From: Octopus vulgaris
Lineage: Eukaryota
Assembly: GCA_951406725.2 (NCBI GenBank)
Contig: OX597821.1
Location: forward strand, 106,268,001-106,332,000
Direction: 5' to 3'
Length of the DNA: 64,000 bases
The notes beneath the pieces are model-generated. The model did not search any database. It had not been told where the DNA came from and saw nothing but the letters and a program-made list of their open reading frames with translations. The translations under genes and the position numbers were made by a program. Below are positions 56,316 to 64,000 of the stretch, piece after piece (within the stretch, counting starts at the first letter, position 1; each line of letters begins with the position of its first letter).

Positions 56316-59300
56316 TCAGTATTACATTTTTTATATCGTGCTTTCACTTCACTACCGAGCACAGCTCTGTGTGCCTTGGGTATGTGCTGTGATTTGTTGT
56401 GATGCTCTGATGGTTATTGTATGGAAAGTGTTCTGCGTAGGATGTGTGCAGTGCCTAGTAGTGCAATTTTCTGTATGTTATATGTGTTTGTAAGTCCTGG
56501 TGTTTTTGTAATGTATTTGTCTGAATATTTTTTTATCATGCCTAATGCACCTACTATGATAGGAATTGTTTCTGTTTTCAGATTCCACATTCTAATTACC
56601 TCTATTTCCAGGTCTTTGTATTTTGAAAGTTTCTCCATTTCTTTTAGAGATACGTTGTCATCTGCTGTCATTGATACATCGATTAGAAACATTTTTTTTT
56701 CCTGATCTGTGACAACTATATCTGGTCTGTTGGCCTTAATTCCTCTATCTGGGTGTATTGGCATATCCCAGAGTATGGTTGCTTTCTGTGACCTTTTCTG
56801 GTGTGTGCCTATACCATCTTTTTTCTGTTGTTATTCCATAATGTTGGCATAGTTTCCAGTGTATATAGGTCCCAACTATGTCGTGTCTGTGAATATATTC
56901 CTTCTTAACCAGGACTGGGCAGCCAGAGATAATATGATTTATTGATTCTTGTCCATCTCCACATATTCTGCAGTTACTTGTTATATTTCTTTTCATTACA
57001 TGTTTTTGGTAATTTCTGGTGGGGAGGCTTTGGTCTTGTGCTGCAATTAAAAATCCTTCTGTCTCTGCTTTGAGTCCTGAGCTTCTCAACCATTGTTGGG
57101 ATTTTTCTTTGTCTATTTCTTTTGCATATAGTTTAGTGCAGTATTTGCCATGAAGGGGCTTTTCTTGCCATCGTTTTATCATTTTTAGTTTGGATTTCAT
57201 TTGTTTTATAGAATTTGTTGTTTCTTCTTTTTCTTCTTCTTCTTCTTCTTCTTCTTCTTCTTCTTCTTCTTCTTCTTCTTCTTCTTCTTCTTCTTCTTCT
57301 TCTTCTTCTTCTCCTCTTCTTCTTCTTCTCTTCCTCCTCCTTCTTCTTCTTCTTCTTCTTCTTCTTCTTCTTCTTCTTCTTCTTCTTCTTCTTCTTCTTC
57401 TTCAAATTTGTTAGGTGGTAAGATTTCTTGTTTGTATTTGTCAGCTTCCTTAAATACTGAGAACAGTTTTCTGTTTTGCTCGTGTTTTGCCGCTACTTGC
57501 ATCAGTTTTTCTTCCTTCTGAAGTAGATATTTTTGCAGTCCTATGGTGGTTATTTTATAGTAGTTTTCCAGCTGTGAAAGGCATTTACCACTTTCTATAC
57601 GTTGTATATATAGCCTTTCAATGACAGATTTTGGGTGATGCATCCTAGATCCTGACAGTATTTTTCTTGTTTTCCTATCTATTTTGGTCAGTTCATTTAG
57701 TGTCCAGTTAAGGATATTGTAGCTGTAACTTATAACTGGGACGGCTAAAGTGTTGATACCTATTATCTTGTTTTTAGCATTGAGCTCTGTTTTCAGTATT
57801 GATCTAACTCGTCTGTAATATTCTTTGTTTCTTTTCTCTTTCATTTGTGTGTATTGTGTCATATCTTGTTCATGGATTTTTAAGTATTTGTAAGTTTGGC
57901 TTTGGTCTAATTCTTTTATTTCATTGGTTTTATCTAGTGTGATGTTGCTATTCTTAACTAGTTTTCCTCTTTTCAGGGTTACTTTGGCGCATTTCTCCAA
58001 TCCAAATTTCATATCTATTTCTTTGGTAAATCCATGAACTGCCTGTAGTAGTGTTTCCAGCTGTTTGTCATTTGTGGCGAATAGTTTTAGGTCATCCATA
58101 TATAAAAGGTGGCTGATCGTTGTGCCGTAACATTTATATCCGCATCCAGTTCTATTTAGCATATCCGATAGAGGTGAGAGTGCCAAGCAGAAAAGGAGTG
58201 GAGAGCGTGTCTCCCTGGAATATTCCTCTTCTAATGGGGATGACTTTGGTTTTCAGCAGTCCCTCTTTTGTTTGGAGCTGTAGCACTGTCAGCCATTTAT
58301 TCATAGTGTGTCCTATGTATTTTATAATTGTTGGCGCAACTTTGTTAATGGCTAGTATTTCGAGGATCCATGTGTGGGGGATGCTATCAAACGCCATTTT
58401 GTGGTCGATCCAGGCCATACTGAGGCCTTTCTTCTTTCTGTGGCTGTCTTCAGTTATGGCTTTATTGATCATTAGTTGATCTTTACAGCCATATGAGCCT
58501 TTGCGGAATCCTTTCAGCTCTTCTGGAAACAGGTTGTTTTCGTCCAGGTGCTTCTTCAATCTTTGTGATATTACTGCAGTAAATGCTTTGTACATTGTAG
58601 GGAGACAGGTTATAGGTCTGTAGTTTTCTGGTTTTGCTGTCTCATTTGATTTGAGAATTAAGATGGTTTTCCCCTTCATGAGCCATTCAGGCATTGTCTC
58701 TGGCTCTGCTAGTATGTTGTTAAAGTTTTCAGCCAGCTTTTTGTGCATTCCTGTTAGATATTTCAACCAGAATTTGGGGATCTTGTGATGCCCAGGTGCC
58801 TTCCAGTTGCTTAGTCTGTGCAGTGCTTGAGTGACCTCTTCAGTTGTTATGGGGGTCCAAAGTTGCTCAGATGCTGAGTTTGTTGTTTTAATACTCCTTT
58901 TTGGGTTGTTCGTTCGCCGACCATATTTCTCTCCATAATTCTTCCACTTCTTCTGCCGTTGGTGCTGCAGTGATTTCTATTTTATTTTTGCCAAGTTCTT
59001 GGTAGAACTTTTTGTGGTTGGAGTTGAACCGTTTGTTTTGTTCAAAGAAACGTTGGCGTTTCTCGTACCGGCAGATCCTTTGTGCTTTGGCAAGGATATC
59101 TTGCATTAGCTTTTCTTTTATCTCAGGTAAATATTTTTCTGTGATGTTATATTTGCGGAGTATGTTGTATTTTCGGAGTATTTTTGTTTTCTTTTTGTTG
59201 CTTAGTAGCGTTGATTGTCTACTGATTTCATTAAGAATCGACAGATCTTTTCTCATTTTTTAAATTTAGTTTTGGATGTTATTTATCCACAGGGTTTGTT

Positions 59301-59900
59301 TGGGTGGTGGTACTCCTGTTTGGATGAGTTTGAATGAGTATCTAGCTTCTTTTGTGGGCAGTGGCTGCTGCGTATACTAAGTCATTTAGCTCAGTGATAT
59401 CGCTTTTTGTTTCAGTGGCTATTAGTTCCGTGACGGCTAGCTTTATGCTGTTTATAATTGATGTTGTTGTTTTGTCTACTTTGTTTTTGGGAGTTATGGT
59501 CGGTGTTCCATTTTGAGCACTGTGGTTTTCAGTTCTTTGATTATTCTACTTTTTATAGTATCATAATCATTAGGGTCCCCTTCGTTGTTTCCAGGTTTTA
59601 GATTTGTGTCGCTTTCTTTCTCATTCGTATGTTTGTTTGTCGTGTTTTGGCTTGCTGTTTGTCGTGTATTATTATGCATCATTACGGTCTGGTTTTGTTG
59701 TTTTTTGCTTACATCGTTTTTGTTGGAAATGTTACGTTTGTCTTCGTGTTTTACTGTTTCAGTGTTTATATTATTTGGCATTGTTGTGTTGCTTCTATCT
59801 ACATTTTCCTGATGTATTTTTTCTTTTAAACGTTCTATTTCTATTCCTGAATATTTTTTGCGTTGAGAATATATCTTTCCACGTTAGCTAGATTATACGG
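56316..59900 (-). mobile_element. Long decayed Dong/R4-like LINE (same subfamily as 46111-47898)
   Basis: Several frameshifted ORFs covering the N-terminal region, RT and RLE, with a (GAA)n expansion inside the ORF. Confidence 0.9.
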
Positions 59901-60216
59901 TTCATTGCTGTATCCAGGTCTTTATTTATGTTATTTTGCTTCCATATTTTATATGTATATGTTCTTGTGTTTTCGCTCTTTGTGTAGAGCACTGCTGTAA
60001 AGTAAGCGTGTAGGATTGAAATGTATGCCTTTTTGATTTTATTTTCGGGACGTGAGGGACAACGTCCGACCCATTATTTTGAAGGTCGTCATTTTCGTAG
60101 GGTACATTGTTTTGCACGTGTAGTTTTTCGTACATTTTATGTTGTAAGTTTACAGTACGTACTTTCCGATTGTTATTCTTGGGTTGAATAATACCGGTAA
60201 TATTTAATTTATATAC

Positions 60217-60630
60217 CCATGAGCACTATATTTTGAATTTCTGCCATTTTGGGGTTTCCTGGTATAAGAGTTAGGTAGCAATCAGCCCCTTTTGCTATCA
60301 TCCCAGGGCACCTATGGCAACAGGTATTGTTTTAGTCTTCAGGTTCAACATTTTGCTGATTGCTATTTCAAGATCTTTATATTTGCTCAGTTTTTGGTAG
60401 GTTTTGACAGTTACGATTATATCGGTTGGGACAGTCATATCAATGAGGAGGCATGTTCTTTGTCTGAAGTCTTTCAATATGATGTCTGGCCTATTTGCAT
60501 CTATTTTTCTGTCAGTTTGAATGGTGAAGTTCCAGAGGAATGAGATGTGGTCAATTTCAAGCACTGGGGGTGGTTTGTGTTCCCACCAGTTTTTTCCATG
60601 GGGCAAATCCAGGTTTTTGCAGATTACCCT
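60217..60630 (-). mobile_element. RLE-domain fragment of the intact LINE subfamily
   Basis: NWWEHKPPPVLE...RPDIILKDF, closely matching 52095-52507. Confidence 0.85.
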
Positions 60631-60631
60631 A

Positions 60632-60699
<68 letters not shown>

Positions 60700-60770
60700 G
60701 CCATTTATCCCTTCGGACTCGATAAAATAAGTAACATTTGAGCACTTGCGTCAATATATTATTATTATCA

Positions 60771-60811
<41 letters not shown>

Positions 60812-60972
60812 ATTTTTATTATTATAATCATTATTATGATTATTGCCATTTATCCCTTCGGACTCGATAAAATATGTAACATTTGAGCACTTGCGTCAAT
60901 ATATTATTATTATTATTATTGTTATTATTATTATTTTTATTATTATTATTATCATTATTATTATTATTATTA

Positions 60973-61033
<61 letters not shown>

Positions 61034-61648
61034 CATCATCATTATTATGATTATTGCCATTAATCCCTTCGAACTCGATAAAATAGCTAACGTTTGAGCA
61101 GTTGGGTCAATATAATCGACTTGTCCTCCACCCCACGGAAATCTCTAGCCTAGTACCGCCATTTGAAACCATCGTTATTCATTTACTTAATAGCTGTGTG
61201 TATGTGTGTACCTTTGTCGGTGTGTGTGTGATTGTGTGCACGCGTACGTTCAATTTAGTGTACTCCCAGAAATATAGGAATCTCAGATTCTGTGAATATA
61301 ATGAAACTGTTGCATGAGATCTTTTGTATATGTCAGATATAAGTGTTTTGCTGGATCTGTCTGTAACATATTGAATTGTAGTAGATGTGTATATAGTAAG
61401 CATAGTATACATAATAAGCGGCAGAAGGTCTAAGTTTGTGACTGTTGACGTTTGGTGAAGCTGTGTGGCGGTTGAGAATTTTAACCATTTCTGAATCTGA
61501 AAATGTTTGAGAATTTCTTTAAACCGTATTTCTTGGTTTTATGAGATTATCTTGTTATACAAGTCACTAGAGTTGTCGGACACCTTTGTTACTCGCTCCA
61601 CAACATAGAATTAAAAACAAAAGCAAAAAATTCAAAGTATATAGTACT

Positions 61649-62180
<532 letters not shown>

Positions 62181-63508
62181 CAGTTCAAATGAAAACAAAA
62201 TTTCTAAACTGTCATGCTGCATTTCTTTCCGGTTCTTTGTAACTTGAGTTTAAAACCTCTAGAGGCCATCTTTACTTTGCATCCGTCCAGGATCGATGAA
62301 ATAAACTTTTGAAAACAGAGAGCATAACTTTAATCTAAACTGAAAAAATGCAATAGTTTTTTTTTTCATAGGATTCCTTTTAAATTACAAAGCTTGGCAT
62401 CGTTGTTACGTTGGTAATACATCGTGGAAGACAAATATTAACTACTTAAAATTACACAAAGTCTGTAACATACCGTGCTCTGAAATCAGGTCCATCACGA
62501 GGTCGCAGTTAGTGCGACGAAGATTTTGACACCAAGTAGTGAACATTTAAGTGAAGTTAGTAGAATTTGTGTTTTAGAATGGCTTATACTTGTGTTTTTG
62601 AATAGTTTTCACGCTGTCATTGTTTTAGTTTCAACACAACTGAAAATACTTACCCGACATGTACACCGAATTATAGCAATTGATTAAGATAGTATGTTAA
62701 GGTTAACATTAGGTTGTGTGATATATATGTGAGTTTAATCCTTCATCAATATTGCAATGCGCTGGACCAACTTACACAGTTAACAGTGACTATCATTTAA
62801 TAACCATTTAGAAAATGGGTAGCGTTTGCACTTTGAGAACACTGGATAAATTTGCGCATTATATTTTCTCATTTGCATAGGGGAATGCAATTATTCAGGG
62901 CGTTATGCAACGCTGCTTCTCATTATCCTTTATTTTTCTCTGTTCTAAGCTTTGTACATAATCATCTTGACACTCAATTTGCAAGAAAAAGATTGTTTGA
63001 ATGTTTAAGGGAATGGAATATTCATGACGCTAGATTCACACCTCACCAACGATCATCAAACAGATAAAAATGAACGTCATCATGGAATGACACGGAAATC
63101 TTCTTAGTTCTTTCTAATACCGACGAATGATGAGGTCGATCAGGTGAAGGAGTAACTGACACTTGTCTTAATAAATCTGTTATCATTGAATTCTAGATCA
63201 TAAAATATGCAAATACCTTCTCAAAAAAAAATGTTTTATACACCGTGTCAACAATAAAAATGCAGAGGATCGTGTCTATAATTATGAAACTTCTGACAAA
63301 ATCGTTACATGGGCAGTTTACGCCAGGAAAATCTTCATATAGGGGCTGGCATGGTTGTGTGATTAAGAAGTACGCGTTGCCACCACAAGATTTCTGGTTT
63401 TGTCGCGGTACAAAGTAACTTGTGCTATAGACACTGGATTAACACTACCTTGCCATATAACTTGAAATATCTCATATATATATATTTATATATAATATCT
63501 CTCGCTCT

Positions 63509-63581
<73 letters not shown>

Positions 63582-63689
63582 GAATCTTACATATATACCA
63601 TTCTGTCTAAAAACTGTATCTACAACTTCAATATCCCTACATATCATACATCTATTTTCTCCCTCCCTATTTTGTATCCTATCTAACTC

Positions 63690-64000
63690 AGAGTGGCGTT
63701 TCCGAAAATCATATGCGCCGGGATTTTCTAGCGTCCAGAGTGAACCGCTTTTAAACCCAGAAAATGTTCTTCTTCCACCTTTTCGCATAAAGTTTGTCCT
63801 CACGAAACAATTCGTGAAGACACTCGTCAGGAAAGGCTCCAAAAGTTTTGAATATTTGGAGGCCAAATTTCCAAAAATCACCGAGGCAGAACTGAAGGAG
63901 GGTGTATTCATAGGTCCGCAGATAATAGAACTCCTGAAGAAATACACTTTCTCACAGCACTGGATGAGATTGAGCTTAAAGCCTGAGAAACCTTCAAATG
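63690..64000 (+). mobile_element. DNA transposase fragment (probably Chapaev-3/CMC type)
   Basis: Plus-strand frame EPLLNPENVLLPPFRIKFVLTKQFVK...FEYLEAKFPKITEAELKEGVFIGPQI resembles the LPPLHIKLG...KEGxFxGPQI motif. Family assignment is from memory. Confidence 0.55.

Noticed and set aside
60690-61115. CRISPR-like array
   Set aside because: Eukaryotic context, spacers are (TTA)n, and there are no cas genes.

Overview
AT-rich, microsatellite-saturated eukaryotic DNA. The repeat content (tRNA-derived SINEs, Dong/R4-type LINEs in (TAA)n, Penelope, Helitrons, mariners) suggests a mollusc, most likely an octopus; this is an inference from remembered repeat families. Most ORF-track entries are microsatellite artefacts. 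The main result is a head-to-head pair of spliced paralogous genes with the architecture of gustatory-receptor-like (GRL, 7-transmembrane ion channel) proteins. Gene A (minus strand) was assembled by hand from four exons joined by phase-0 GT-AG introns: 25534-24512, 17975-17907, 16480-16391 and 12162-12082, giving about 420 aa. Gene B (plus strand) has exons 30297-31319 and 33889-33957; its last two exons were not found in the window. The paralogs share a near-identical ~255-nt block between divergent flanks. The rest is transposable elements: a full-length decayed 6-kb Helitron, an intact 1270-aa RT plus restriction-like endonuclease LINE with many truncated relatives, Penelope, mariner, CR1, RTE and Tx1 fragments, several long palindromes, and a candidate minimal hammerhead ribozyme.
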